Origin: a virus
Length of the DNA stretch: 64,000 nt
IMG/VR virus record: IMGVR_UViG_3300028837_000518
Location: 1 to 64,000 of that record
Strand: one strand, 5' to 3'
In this document: in pieces, positions 49,924-61,790 of the stretch
Position numbering within the stretch: position 1 is the first letter of the stretch
Layout: each line of letters begins with the position of its first letter
Position numbers and translations under genes: made by a program
The notes under the pieces: generated by a model
What the model was told of the DNA's origin: nothing
Seen by the model: only the letters and a program-made list of their open reading frames with translations
Database searches by the model: none

Positions 49924-50228
49924 TATTAACTATATCGGTGCTTGACAATTTTACCAGTACTTTAGGTGAATCCAAGCTAGCATTGGACGCACTGGTTATT
50001 GCTATCCAAAGCTGTAAGCGCACTCAACTAGAAGTTACCCTTCTACATTGGCACTTTCCTTATGTGCTAGCAGGTTTCATAGCGGATTACTGCCCAACAA
50101 AATGGCTATTTTTATTGTAAATTGGAATACTGAGTTAACACGTACTGAGATACTGGCAAGTACGAAGTCACAACTAGGCAATATTGATTTTAGTTATAGC
50201 GGCACACATGATGCCCTGTATATAGGTT

Positions 50229-50816
50229 TTGGTGATTTTTGTTGCGGCACAAGGAGTTTTGACGACTACTGTGGTAAACACTTCGCCTGTGGATGATACA
50301 GATAAACTTATTCGTCACCTTTATGTAGAGCAAGAACTTAGCTTAGGTACTGTAAGTAAGAACGTGGGTCATAGTAAGTACCAGGTTGAGAAAAGACTTA
50401 CTCGCATGGGGGTAAAAATTCGTAGTCCTGAAGAAGGTGTAAGAATCAGGGAAGAGCGGAAAAAAGAAAGAGTAAAACAAATACTGCGTACAATACCGCA
50501 AGATATTCCCGTTGAGCAACAAGTCAGGTTAATGCACAAAGCATCTCTGTCGAGAACGATTATTAGTCAACACTCAGGCTTAAGTACCCACTACGTTCAT
50601 AAAATCATTAACAATATTAATGGTTATATTCCAGCCGATGATGACCGACAACGCTGCAAACACTGCACTATTATTCTGGCAGAGTGTGATGATATAGTTC
50701 GTGAGCACGAGCGCGATGGTTATTGTGGGTATTGTGTTAGCGAAGGTATTCCCGAGAGAGTTCTGGCCAAGGAGGATACATGGACCCCCAACAGATCACT
50801 GAACCACAACAGATAG
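50229..50816 (+). CDS. HTH plus Zn-finger protein (putative regulator)
   Basis: LYVEQELSLGTV...RLTRMGVKIR HTH; CKHC...CGYC. Confidence 0.5.
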   Translation: MVIFVAAQGVLTTTVVNTSPVDDTDKLIRHLYVEQELSLGTVSKNVGHSKYQVEKRLTRMGVKIRSPEEGVRIREERKKERVKQILRTIPQDIPVEQQVRLMHKASLSRTIISQHSGLSTHYVHKIINNINGYIPADDDRQRCKHCTIILAECDDIVREHERDGYCGYCVSEGIPERVLAKEDTWTPNRSLNHNR

Positions 50817-50835
50817 ATAAAGGGAGATAGAATAG

Positions 50836-51462
50836 ATGCATCATTGGGGACAAGAAGGTGTTGAGTTACCAGTACCGGCGACTAAGCTGGTTAGTGCCGA
50901 GGCCAGTACACCAAAACTGACTGTAGAAACAGTAGATAATCACGTGTACTTTTATGCTACTGTTAACAGTGATCGCTGTTTAGCCTTAGTTCGTACCATT
51001 CGCGAACTTGATGGAAAACTTAGGAACGAACATGCCTCACGTGCATTGCCGGCAGAGCACCCATTAACACCTATTTGGTTGCATGTGAATAGCGATGGGG
51101 GCAGTGTGTTTGACGCGCTTGGTGTTGCCGATCAACTGAAAAGTATTAAGACACCAATATTCTCTGTAGTAGAGGGGTGTGCAGCAAGCTCTGCGACTCT
51201 CCTCAGTGTCCCTTGTACGAAGCGGTTTATTACTTCATCTTCTTTCATGCTTATTCATCAAGTTTCCAGCATTATGTGGGGAACATACGAGCAGTTTAAA
51301 GATCAGATGAAGGTACTTGACATGATCATGCGTCAACTTGTCAACTTTTACTCGACTCACACAAAGCTGGAGCCATTAAAGCTCGAGGAGCTTCTCAAGC
51401 GTGATTCGTGGTTTGCCGCACAGCAATGTGTGGATATAGGGTTAGTGGACGCTATTCTATAG
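50836..51462 (+). CDS. clpP: ClpP-like serine protease
   Basis: VNSDGGSV, GCAASSA (Ser), MLIHQ (His), RDSWF.A..C...GLVD. Confidence 0.85.
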   Translation: MHHWGQEGVELPVPATKLVSAEASTPKLTVETVDNHVYFYATVNSDRCLALVRTIRELDGKLRNEHASRALPAEHPLTPIWLHVNSDGGSVFDALGVADQLKSIKTPIFSVVEGCAASSATLLSVPCTKRFITSSSFMLIHQVSSIMWGTYEQFKDQMKVLDMIMRQLVNFYSTHTKLEPLKLEELLKRDSWFAAQQCVDIGLVDAIL

Positions 51463-52027
51463 GAGGCGTAAAAATGGGTAGATACAGTGTGAAACCGAAA
51501 GATAGTGATATTGACGACGTTCTAAATATCTGTACTGAGCGTGCGAACTCGGGAAATTCGCCGCTTTGGGGTATGACTTATGAGGAAGGTGTAGAGGCGG
51601 GAATTAGGTGGGTTCTTGGTCAAACTGATGATTCTCCACTAGATTAAATAAAGGAGAGAAATGAGTAAGGCAGGTACTTATCTTTGCGGCGTACCATTCG
51701 AGCACTGTATGGCTCCAATGAAAGATTGTTCCGCGTCTCTTCGTGATAGGCATTATCGAACTGGTGCGCTTAAAGCGCACTCATCTCGCGACGAATCATT
51801 CCGATGCTGTGTTCACTACCTAACTAAAGTGTTAGGATACAAGCGAGTAGGTGGTCGTGAGTTCTCTCCTCCAGACGGTGGACCAATTAGGGTGCTGACT
51901 AAAAAGATACGGTTCGGTGGACGCCTGCGTGGTGGCAAACAAGAAAGAGCAATGCCGTCAGGAATACATACTGGCGGAATGGTCTTTTCAGCCTAGTGAC
52001 TTGGTTAGCCCAGGAGGCTGGCTAGTG

Positions 52028-53000
52028 AATGTTGAGCGCGTAAACCCTTATGACTTAAATGCAATAGCAGAGGTGAATCTCGCACGCCGACAATCACGTT
52101 CTCGAAACCCAAATCCATACAGTCTTGACGGTGAAAGAAACCTTCTCTATACTGCAGGAAAGAGTACAATGCTTACTCAGACGAATGATGCGCTAAACCG
52201 CTGGGCAGCCCAAGTGGTAGAAGAGTCCCAAGAAACCTGTGATTCAGAGGGGCTAGAGCCACTCGACTACGTTTGTGATGCTAACGCTTGTCTGCAATTA
52301 ATGAAAAAGGTGGGTGAACGTGGACGGCTTTGGTGGGAGTCAATATGTCAGCGATGGATATACGAGCTACTAGATACAGTAATAGGTACAATTTGGTTTC
52401 ATTCATCTGAACAAGAACCTGGTCGTTGCGTTATCGAGGCGCTGATGTATATAAAAGGTGATACTGATGATGATGGCTGAGCTACCTTGTTCTATGAACT
52501 CTCTCTCGGATGAACAAAGATATGAAGATGCCGTGCGACGGGATGCTATTGAACTCGAAGGCGAAATGTTACTAACTGCAGAGCTGTCGGGAATGAGTGC
52601 TGCTGACGCAGCAAAGTTTGCAATGCAATTAGTTGGTTCAGCAAGTGGCGAAACACCTGGCAAAACTAACGCACAACTGAACCGCTGGGCGGCGGAGCTG
52701 GTGGGGTGGAAAGAGGCATGGCGTGGTTTGTGGTTTTGGCCTGGCACATCGTCACGAGAACAACATGAGCCCATAGAGCCTCCCGACCCCGTCTACGACC
52801 TCGGTGCCTGCCCGCCGCTGTTCCAGATGCTGGGTACGCAAGCCCGCTTTTGGTGGGACGAGGAGGAGGAGACTTGGATATGTGATGTAGACGGTATGCC
52901 ACACAAGCCCTATGGTATATTCTATTCCCCCGAGTCCGAGCCTGGCCGCTGCATCGTCGAGGCGGCGATGTATGTGTTTGGGAAGAAGAGCGATGAGTGA
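52028..53000 (+). repeat. tandem paralogous gene pair (about 52028..52480 and 52471..53000)
   Basis: Both carry TN..LNRWAA..V...EP.D.V.D..AC...R.WW...EPGRC..EA.MY. Confidence 0.65.
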
Positions 53001-53143
53001 GACATTCCACACTTTCGAGGAGTACCGACAACGCTTCTTTCCAGAGGAGTGCGAGCAGGAACGCTGAGAGAAGCTGACCGTGGAGGAGCGGGTGCGTGAG
53101 TGGGCGGAGAAGCACGCCGCCAGGATATTCGGGAAGGAGCGCG

Positions 53144-54228
53144 ATGAAGCCGCTGACGGATGAGAACGAATTAGACGAGTTGGAAACCTACCAGTTACGC
53201 CAGTTAGATGATTGGGAAGTCAAGGAGCTTCGGACATACCTCATCCGCGCCGTGGCGACGATTCGGGCGCTGAAGTCGCAACTCGATGAAATGGCTGAGG
53301 CGGCAATCAGATTGGCAAATGCGCTTTGGGAAGTCGGCGCAACCCATCTGCTTACCAATTACGATGACTACGTTGCTCTCGCCGAATCCACGAGAGCGCG
53401 GCTGGAGAAGCTGATGGAGGGAAGCGATGATTGACGACGCGACGCTGGCCAAGCTGGAGGAAGTCGAAAAGAAGGCGACGGATGGGCCGTGGGATTATGA
53501 TGGTCAGCACAACGAGATCATCGCGCCCACGACCGACGCTGAACAATACTGGCTCATCGTATCTGAGTGCCGGAGTGCTCCTGACCAAACCGCTGAACGA
53601 GATCGCTGGGGACACCACTACGACGCGAACTATGATCTCATAGTCCGCAGCCGCAACGCCATGCCCGACCTCCTGGAGACGATTCGGGTGCTGAGGGCGG
53701 CGCTGGAAAATGTAGCAATAGGTTGCGATGAGGCGTTGAAGAACCTGAGAAAAGGGAATCTCACTGACGTTGGTCGGAACCTGGCAGCGACGCAAACCAT
53801 CTTACGCGCCGCCCTTCAGGAAGAGGAGGCAGAGCGTAGTGAACCTACTGACGGATGAGAAGGAGCTGGCCGAGATCGAGGCGCTGTGCGAGGCGGCAAC
53901 GCCGGGTCCGTGGGTGATTGGCATTCAGATAGCTGCCCGAAGCTGGCCCGTCTTCTCGTTGCGAGACATGGAGACTGCTACTGAAGATGAGGCGCGGCGA
54001 GACGCAGCATTGATTGAACGCTGCCGCACCGACTTTCCTCGCGCCGTGGCGACGATTCGGAAGTTGACGGCGGCGCTGGAGCGACTCACAAAACTGGCCT
54101 CAGAGAGTTTGCCAGTAGCTCAAGGAGGGGTCTCTGCCCGCCTAGATTGGGAGCTAGGAGTTGATGCTGGTCGCTACGAGGCTGCCGAGATTGCGCAAAC
54201 CGTCCTTCGCAGCGAGGAGGCCCCATGA
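53144..54228 (+). repeat. three related Ead/Ea22-like genes in a GC-rich block
   Basis: LTDE.EL.E.E and AT.GPW motifs; identical DNA CGCGCCGTGGCGACGATTCGG at about 53246 and 54040. Confidence 0.6.
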
Positions 54229-55233
54229 GCCACGAATACAAACCTGGCAGCCCTTACGGTAGACCAGTTGATCCTAAGCGATGCAAAGCATCCGTTTCCG
54301 AGAGTGGACGCTCACTATGGTATAACCAGTGTAGCCGCAAGCCCTGGAAGGATGGCTGGTGCAAGCAACACCACCCCGATACTACAGCGGCACGGCGGGC
54401 GCAGGCCCAAGAGCGCTATGAGACAAAGCACCGAAACAGCCCATCAGTACAACTGCGGCGAGCCAATGCAGAGATTGTTCAACTGAAGGAACGTGTAGCG
54501 GAGTTGGAACAAATACATAATGTTCCTTCAAACTGCCGTGTGATGATTGTGCCACTTGGAGGCCATGATGTTGAAGAGTTCTATAAGGAGGATACCTCGT
54601 GCCTGAATTGACCGATACAGAACTACTCACTCTAGCAATAAATGTGCTAGAGGGAACACAGATGGCAGTATCGCCGCAATCAACAATAGACCGACTAGAG
54701 CAGTTAGGCTGGGTACATTGTCCCTTTTGTGGAAACTGGACATCGGACGATGAACTTAGGCTGAGTGGCGAGAACGATGGCTGCAACTGGTGTCTGTAAG
54801 GAGGCCGTATGACCAAGCGAGTGACGTGGGACGAAACAAAAGAGCTTAAGGATCATATTCGTACACTGCGAGCACAAATCTCAGTCTGGCAAGGCATAGA
54901 ACTTATTTGGACTAAGCAGAAGGCAGAGCTACAAGAGGAACTTGCCACTACAGCAGCACGCATTGAAGAGTTGGAATCTGAGGCGGCTGCCATTCGTGGT
55001 TCTCTCGGTGCAGTTGTCTTAGCCGGCTCTATTATTCAGGAAGCTCGGGCCTCAGTTAGGCTCGATAAGAATAAGGATGGGTCATCAGTAACACAATCTG
55101 CATGGGACTTGCCTGAAAAAGAAGATGAGTGGGGTCAGAGTTATGGACGCTGCGATATTTGCGGAACCCCCATTAATATTGTACGCCCGGGGAAGGGACA
55201 ACTAGCATGTGATTGTCAACAAGAGGGTGCCAT

Positions 55234-55575
55234 ATGCCCGGACTATTAATGACTCAGGTGAATGTTAGGGATAGGCTAAAGTTTTGGGCTAAACTTCCCT
55301 ACCATCTTCGCCAAGGTACATAGGAACGTTTAAATGCTCTTCATACCGCCGACGTTCTCTATAACCGTGTTACCGCATTTAATGATTGGGCCTGGGAGTA
55401 CCTTCTCAGTACGCGGCGTAGGATGTTTGACCGTAATTACGGTAGGATAGTATGGCGCTGCGTTAGATGTTGGGCATTGGTTGACTGTAACCCAAACCCA
55501 GAATTGCACGCACCTGGATGTTATGTAGGTCGTTTAGAGAGACTGATGGGTAAGGTTTCTAATGCCAGTCCTTAA
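55234..55575 (+). pseudogene. paralogue of 56309..56857 with in-frame TAG at 55321
   Basis: ALHTA..LY.RV.AF..W..EYL...C..C...H.P.C.VGRL shared with the intact copy. Confidence 0.65.
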
Positions 55576-55930
55576 CACAATCAACGCTAAGATAGCATTG
55601 GCGAAGGGGTGGAAAGTTGATATTTTCCCCGCTATTAACCTGCTAACTGGCGAGCGCATCACTAAGGAAGGCAAGCCGGTCCAGCAATGTTTTTGGTATT
55701 CGCCCAGTGGTCAATTTTACGACGAGTATCCTCCCGACTGGGTGGGTACGCTGACGGGAGTAATGGAACTACTGTGGGACTTACTACCCACATGGAGTTT
55801 AGAACGAACAGTTAATGAGTGGGGTCTAGTTGATGGCACTAGGTTGCCACGATAGTTCTTCTATGCACCACACGACAAGTTAGGTGAGTGTGTAGGTAGA
55901 GCCTGGTTAAGTGAATTTGGTGGAGAATAA

Positions 55931-56312
55931 TATGGTACAACAGAATCCTGTTACGAATGATCGTTCTAGAGATGTTACACCTGTCGCAGAGCAAGAGTTT
56001 GTGAAGGCCATTCGCGAGAGAGAGCAAGTGGGAATAGCAACTTATGGAGTCTCCCTCCAGACTCATAACGGAAGGGATGCTATTCAAGACGCGATGGAGG
56101 AAGTAGTTGATTTGTGGCAGTATATCGTACAGATCAAAATGGAAGCAGCTGACTTAAAACAACAGTTATCAATTGACCGCGACGAGTTGGTTGAACAGAT
56201 TATGGGTGTAGTAAAGGCTATGACACAGGCCCATCCCACACTTATTGATACGACTGCATGGAGAACAATACTTCGGCAGCGTATTGAAGCAATTTGGGAG
56301 AAGGTTCCATGA
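55931..56312 (+). CDS. all-alpha NTP pyrophosphohydrolase-like protein
   Basis: REQVGIATYG..L...NGRD.IQDA.EE..D..QY. Confidence 0.55.
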
Positions 56313-58039
56313 CCGAGCGAATGATGACGCGGAACGAATTGCATGTGGCATTACTATGCAAGGATGCTCCCCTTACAGAGAGTTTCCTATACCCTGTGAT
56401 GAGCAAAGACGCAGCCCAACTTGCTCTAGCTCGTTACAAGAAAGCACTCCATACTGCCCTCGCCCTCTATGAGCGCGTGGAGGCCTTCAAAGAGTGGGGG
56501 CGGGAGTATCTGGCTATACCTACTAGGAGTGGCGCGGTTATTTCCTCTCTCTACGGATCTCTATTTTGCAGCTTATGTGGCAGTGCCCTTCACAAAGATG
56601 AGCCACACACACCTGACTGCCTCGTGGGACGCCTGAAGGAGATAGTAGAGGAGGTTTCTAATGCCAATTCCTGTAGCGCTGACCGGGGGGTGAAAGGACG
56701 AGATACAAGAACTATTTCTCGGACGCCGGAGGAGCGGCAAAGCCTGCGCGAGTGGATCGACAGTATAATGGGTCCCCGGCGCCGGGCGCGCGAGGAGGAG
56801 AATCGCAGAACGCGGCGACCGAACCCCGGGGTTTTCAATCAACCAATGACATACTAGCGAGATGGGGAAATGAGCATTAGCGGGGCGCTGGCTGATGCGC
56901 GGCGATATGTGATGATAGCGGCTGATACACTACAATGCTATGTTGATAATTACCGTTCAGCTACTGATCATGGTGTGCCCTGGCGCTACGTTAGAGAAGT
57001 GGCAACGGACCTGTATATCATTACGGAGACCCTTGATGCAAACCCTTAAACGCATTGCCTGGTTCATCGTTCTCGCTTTGTGGATATTAGTACTCATGCT
57101 AATCACAAGTCAATTATTCCTAGCGACGAAATTATAATGAGTACTACTAAGCGCAGTCGACTACTTGAGATTGCTGGAATGCCCACGATTGTAGGGGCAC
57201 AACACACTACATATAGGATAGGCGAGAAGTCTTCCGTTTACTTCCTAGAGCATAATGGTGCGCAAGTATACGAAAGTGTCTGTCGTGCTTATCATATCCT
57301 AGAGCAGGTGAAGGATTGGCTCAAGCGCGGCGTGCCCCTAGAGACTATCCTAGAACTGGTAGAGTTCATGGAATCAGGATGACAAGAGGGGTAAAAGTAA
57401 TGCTAGCACAATTTATTCGGTGGATAGGCTGTACGTCTGGTCTCTTTCACTTACGGTGTCTCTGGAAAGAAGAAGGTATCTATTGTGTAGACTGCGAGTT
57501 TTTTAAGAGCAAGGCAGCGCATCTAGCAGATTTGCACGCAGGCGGTGGGTGGTAAAGGCCGCAAAATGACAATCACTGAGAAATCAGTACTTCTAGGATT
57601 CGCCATAACTTATCGTTTTGAGAATCAAGGATTCAACGAACACGGTAAAAAAGTCTATACACACTCTGCTATCCGTCTTGCGCCACGGATAATTCAGGCA
57701 AATGCGCTACCGAAAGAGTTGGTCGTTTCTATTGCGCGTTTTCTACAAGAGCATATCGAGCAAATAGACGAGTAAGAGGAGGTATAAAGTGTCTATTAGC
57801 TATCTCGTACTCTTAATGATTGGAGCTATTAATAATGGTGTTTAAGCAAGGGAGGTGATGTGGAGTGCCAGACGGTTATCACTATGTTTATAGTCCTAGC
57901 GGTCGAGAATTAGTGCTAGTTGCGGTCGAGGGGTCGATAACGAGCGTATAGACAGAAACTTGACCCTACGGAATGACGCGCTGACCGCAACTTAGACATT
58001 CAATGACAGGCTATTCGACTCAGCCACAAGGTAAAAGAA

Positions 58040-58375
58040 ATGCCATTGCCGAATACTATTGATCCTGAATGCATAATCCCATGTAGGGCAATGAATCGCC
58101 TACCCGGAATCACAACCGTAGAATCATGTTGTGACCATAACAAACGGGCATTCAAGATATGGTTTGTTGTTGATAACCTAGCAGCCCTACCACCTCTTTT
58201 GTACTGGATTGATTCTTGACATTCCGGCATTCCCGGATGGTCGGTGACCGTTCTAACGGACTGTGCGATGTATCCAACCTTCTTTCGTCTGACTGGCGGC
58301 TTAGGTGAAGTAGCCTATGATGGTGCCAGGCAGATTGCCAAAGCAATAGATGAATACTTAGATACTATTCAATGA
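58040..58375 (+). pseudogene. hypothetical gene with in-frame TGA at 58217
   Basis: MPLPNTIDPEC...GITTVESCC.H...YWIDS*HSGIPGW... continues in frame to 58375. Confidence 0.55.
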
Positions 58376-58601
58376 TGGGAGGTATTAATGCGTTATCCAG
58401 ATGTTACAGTACCGGTATGTCTGGCCGGGCCAGAGGGCAATGCTATGGCCATTATGGGTTTAGTAGCACAGTCATTGAGACGAGCAGGCGTACCACGAGC
58501 CGAGATAGATGAGTTCTACAAAGATGCAACAAGTGGTGATTACGAGCATTTGCGCGCTGTGTGTGATGAGTGAGTAGATATGGAGTGGGAGTACTAGAAA
58601 G

Positions 58602-58829
58602 ATGTCAAAGTTTCGCAAGAAACCAGTAGTAGTTGAGGCAGTGCAGTTAACACATCGCGTTGTTATTCGGACCCTTGAGGGTGAAATGGTGGGAGAGCCT
58701 GGGGATTGGCTTATCACTGGCCTTAGAGGTGAGCAATATCCCTGTAAGGATGATATTTTTCAAGCGACGTATGAACCAGTGGGAGAAATAACACCTATAA
58801 CACCCTTTCTTGGGCCTTGTAGGTACTAA
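58602..58829 (+). CDS. conserved phage protein (PGDYG-like)
   Basis: KFRKKPVVVEAVQ, TLEG, PGDWLITG..GEQYPCK.DIF..TYE. Confidence 0.75.
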   Translation: MSKFRKKPVVVEAVQLTHRVVIRTLEGEMVGEPGDWLITGLRGEQYPCKDDIFQATYEPVGEITPITPFLGPCRY

Positions 58830-58837
58830 GCAATAAC

Positions 58838-58908
58838 GCCGGAGTAGCTTAATGGAAAGCGGTGCTCTTGTAAAGCACAAGTAGTGGGTTCGAATCCCAT
58901 CCTCGGCT
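58838..58908 (+). tRNA. tRNA-Thr(TGT)
   Basis: GTGCT-CTTGTAA-AGCAC anticodon arm, GTGGG-TTCGAAT-CCCAT; one acceptor-stem mismatch. Confidence 0.85.
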
Positions 58909-58965
58909 CTGGTGCGCTCCGCGTGAGGGGCGCATGGCATGGATCACAGTAGAAAGGAGAGCATC

Positions 58966-59118
58966 ATGGAAAAGCTGTGGACTTGGGTGTCGTGGAAGTT
59001 GCCCAGGAAGCTGGTGTACTGGGCTTCCGTGCGTCTCATGGCTTATGCAACCACGGGTGAGCACGCCAGCAAAGAAGCACCGAAAGTTACTATACTCGAC
59101 GCGCTTCAAGCCTGGTAA
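58966..59118 (+). CDS. small Trp-rich phage protein (50 aa, below ORF-track cutoff)
   Basis: RBS AAAGGAG; MEKLWTWVSWKLPRKLVYWASVRL... Confidence 0.6.
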   Translation: MEKLWTWVSWKLPRKLVYWASVRLMAYATTGEHASKEAPKVTILDALQAW

Positions 59119-59150
59119 GGCGCACGGCATGACAGCGGGAAAAGACCCGC

Positions 59151-59200
59151 GTGGCTGGATAGGAGGTTATGACGGGCCGTTCGACTCGGCCACCAGCCAT
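59151..59200 (+). ncRNA. mini tRNA-like element (acceptor-type stem plus T-arm)
   Basis: GTGGCTGG/CCAGCCAT enclosing GGCCG-TTCGACT-CGGCC. Confidence 0.55.
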
Positions 59201-59212
59201 TGGAGGGAGCAG

Positions 59213-59443
59213 ATGGTTGTGCAATCGTTCGTGGGGGGACTGCCCCCACACATTCGGGCTATTTAGGACAATGCTACGAGACACGAAAACAAAACGCCTT
59301 CACTAGCAATGCTTTTGGAGGAAGTCGCTGAACTTGCAGCCGCGCTTGAAGGGAAGCATGAGCACTCTCCAGAAATCGAACTGGTACAAATTGGTGGTAT
59401 CGCCGCGAACTGGCTAAGGCTTCAGGCGGCGGGGCGAGACTAA
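59213..59443 (+). pseudogene. MazG-like gene with in-frame TAG at 59264
   Basis: RBS GGAGGGAG; ...IRAI*DNATRH...LLEEVAELA...ELVQIGGIA. Confidence 0.6.
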
Positions 59444-60199
59444 CAAAGAAAGGAGCAAGGATATGTTCGACCTATGCGCAGAAATGTGGAGAGCTGTCGG
59501 CGGAGAGCCGTCCGTTGTGGTCGCCAGGTTGACGGATGAGGAAGCTCAGCAACTAATCGCTCAATCCGAGCGAGACCTCAAGAGAGACATAGAGAAAATG
59601 CGAGCGAGAGTCGAGCCGACTGCTGAATCCTGGATTCGTCTGTACTGACCTACGGGCGGCGGGGCGCAACATCTAGCGACGGGAGGAATCATGCGCGAAA
59701 TTGCATCTGATGAAATGTATAAAGCTCTGAGTGATCTTCTTGCAGAAGAAAAGGAGACTGAAGAACTACCCGACGATCTAGAAGAAGCAGTCAAACGCAT
59801 CAAGGAGAGCCTTGAGAAACCGGACGTGGAGGCAGTGTTGGTATTTCCTACGTCCCGACGACACTTTCCAATCCCACCACGTAAGTTATAATGTGTGCTA
59901 CAGCAACACGCAACCGAACCGGAGGATAGGTGTGGAAAGCCGATAGGCTCTCGCTGAGGCAGGGTTTTGACAGGCCACACCATGTGTTGCTTAATCTCTG
60001 ACTACGAGTTTGATTCCGAACCCGGTTATACAATCAGTTAGGAGGGTCGCGTGGGAGCTTGGCTTGTAGTATCTCTTGGGATTATATTGGCGTGCAGGCT
60101 AGTGAAGCTGGTGGTTTGGTTGCGTGGTTTCTCCGAACCATACTCAGGAGCTTGCTAAGGAAACCAAGCAAAGCCCTGATGACATCTCGGAAAGACGAG

Positions 60200-60343
60200 A
60201 AGAATGGTGCGGCGTGGAGGACACGCTAGGTTGGGGTTATCTGACTAGGCACTAGTAGGTACTGGAGTTCTAGAGTGACAGCCGAATAGCTAATAGTCCC
60301 TGGTTTAAGGTCAGAAGCGGGTTCAAATCCCGCCACCATTCTT
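60200..60343 (+). ncRNA. tRNA-like RNA with large central insert
   Basis: AAGAATGGTG/CACCATTCTT, D-like hairpin GCGTG/CACGC, TCTGACT/GGTCAGA stem, GCGGG-TTCAAAT-CCCGC. Confidence 0.6.
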
Positions 60344-61220
60344 GGACGGTGCGGCATAGTGCGATGAAAGGAGAGTGAATATGCAAACTGACAAGAACAA
60401 CAAAGATTGTCCAGCCACACTCGGAGAGTATCGGCGTCTTTGCATAGCCTTATCACCATATCGCGAGAATTGTGAGGCAGTCGCCCTTCTCGACCGCAAG
60501 ATTGCAAATTCCCCAATCGGTGCTGACGACTTAGTGATAGCGCCAGACAGTCAGATGAGAATACTGCTTATGCCTATGTTGACACGCGAGCATTGCTCAC
60601 AGCCTACCGAGACTTCGGCGTCAGAGGTAGGTTCTTGTCCCAAGTGCGGATACAAGGGCCTAACTAAAAAAGGGGGAGTTCTTACGCAACGGCTGGGAGA
60701 ATTTGGTGACGGACGAATAAAGCAGTGCCCCACTTGCGACGCTTGGCTCTTCATTGGTCCAAGTGGTACTGTAGAAGAGAGCAATGCCGGAGTATGTATT
60801 GGCGGTATGTTACGTGGCGAGCAAGCACTGTACTCGTTAGATAGCGGGCTAAACCGAGTTGATGCTCACATTGAGGAACTTAGCACTAATCGTGATGTTG
60901 TCAGACGGGAGATAGAAAGGCGTGGCATAGCATAATGCACAAGAAACCTCGTCGCTGGGCGGTTCGTACAGTTAAGAATGGACGAGTTCTAATCTTCGGC
61001 TACTGGTATAGGCCATCCAATACTCATCTAAAGTATGATGGTAGGTTTGAAAACTGGCGACTAATCTTTGGTCTATACGCAAGGTATGATGAGGATGGCT
61101 GGTGTGGTTACGAACCTTTTGTCTACCTCTGGGGAACTGAACACCGGTTCCGTGAACGAAATCCTCATGCTGTAGACACTACCGCTGTAAATGGAACGCT
61201 ACCATGGAGTTTCTGGAGAC

Positions 61221-61637
61221 GTGATGATAACTAAACGTATCGGCTTTACTGGTACACGTCAAGGTATGACGGCACGGCAAAAGGCAGAACTTACACTCAT
61301 CTTGTCTGAGGTTGAAGGCGGCCACAGCGAGCACCAATTTATTCACGGCGACTGTATTGGTGCCGATGCGCGAGCACATAATATTGCCCTAGCATTAGGT
61401 TATCATATAGTGATATATCCCTGTACTATTCATAAGCAACGCGCTTACTGTCAGGATGCGGACAAAGTTCACCGCCCTCAAAACCCTCTTGCTCGGAATA
61501 GAGACATTGTAAATGCGGCACAACAACTTATAGCCGCTCCCGGCATGGTATATGAGGTTGTTCGCTCTGGAACATGGTACACGGTTCGGTACGCTCGGCG
61601 AGTTGGCGTGCCAATGACTATTCTAAAACCATGGTAA
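61221..61637 (+). CDS. SLOG/DprA-like Rossmann-fold protein
   Basis: IGFTGTRQGM, HGDCIGAD, RNRDIV, SGTWYTVRYA. Confidence 0.7.
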   Translation: MMITKRIGFTGTRQGMTARQKAELTLILSEVEGGHSEHQFIHGDCIGADARAHNIALALGYHIVIYPCTIHKQRAYCQDADKVHRPQNPLARNRDIVNAAQQLIAAPGMVYEVVRSGTWYTVRYARRVGVPMTILKPW

Positions 61638-61716
61638 CGTGTCATTTATAATTATAGTTGTGTTAATAGTTATAATAGTAGTTATCTTTCACGATGAAGA
61701 ACTCTAACTGTGCTAT

Positions 61717-61790
61717 ACGGCGGTAGCTTAACAGGCTAGAGCAACGATCTCCAAAATCGTAAGGTGTAGGTTCAACCCCTACCCGCCGTG
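61717..61790 (+). tRNA. tRNA-Trp(CCA)
   Basis: ACGGCGG/CCGCCGT, ACGAT-CTCCAAA-ATCGT, GTAGG-TTCAACC-CCTAC, G73. Confidence 0.9.

Noticed and set aside
58217-58219. Selenocysteine codon
   Set aside because: No convincing SECIS hairpin or redox motif could be identified, and similar interruptions elsewhere use TAG and TAA.
58934-59266. 110-aa ORF from the track
   Set aside because: It overlaps a better RBS-supported 50-aa gene in another frame and the tRNA-like element; only its end belongs to the interrupted MazG-like gene.
25051-59443. Genome-wide stop-codon reassignment (TAG=Gln or TGA=Trp)
   Set aside because: Core genes are uninterrupted and end normally in TAG (terL, tape measure, rsr, Ubl) or TGA (capsid). 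All three stop types occur internally, and no suppressor tRNA was found.
60176-60204. Hammerhead ribozyme at CTGATGA
   Set aside because: The required GAAA after stem II and a matching stem III with cleavage triplet are not present.
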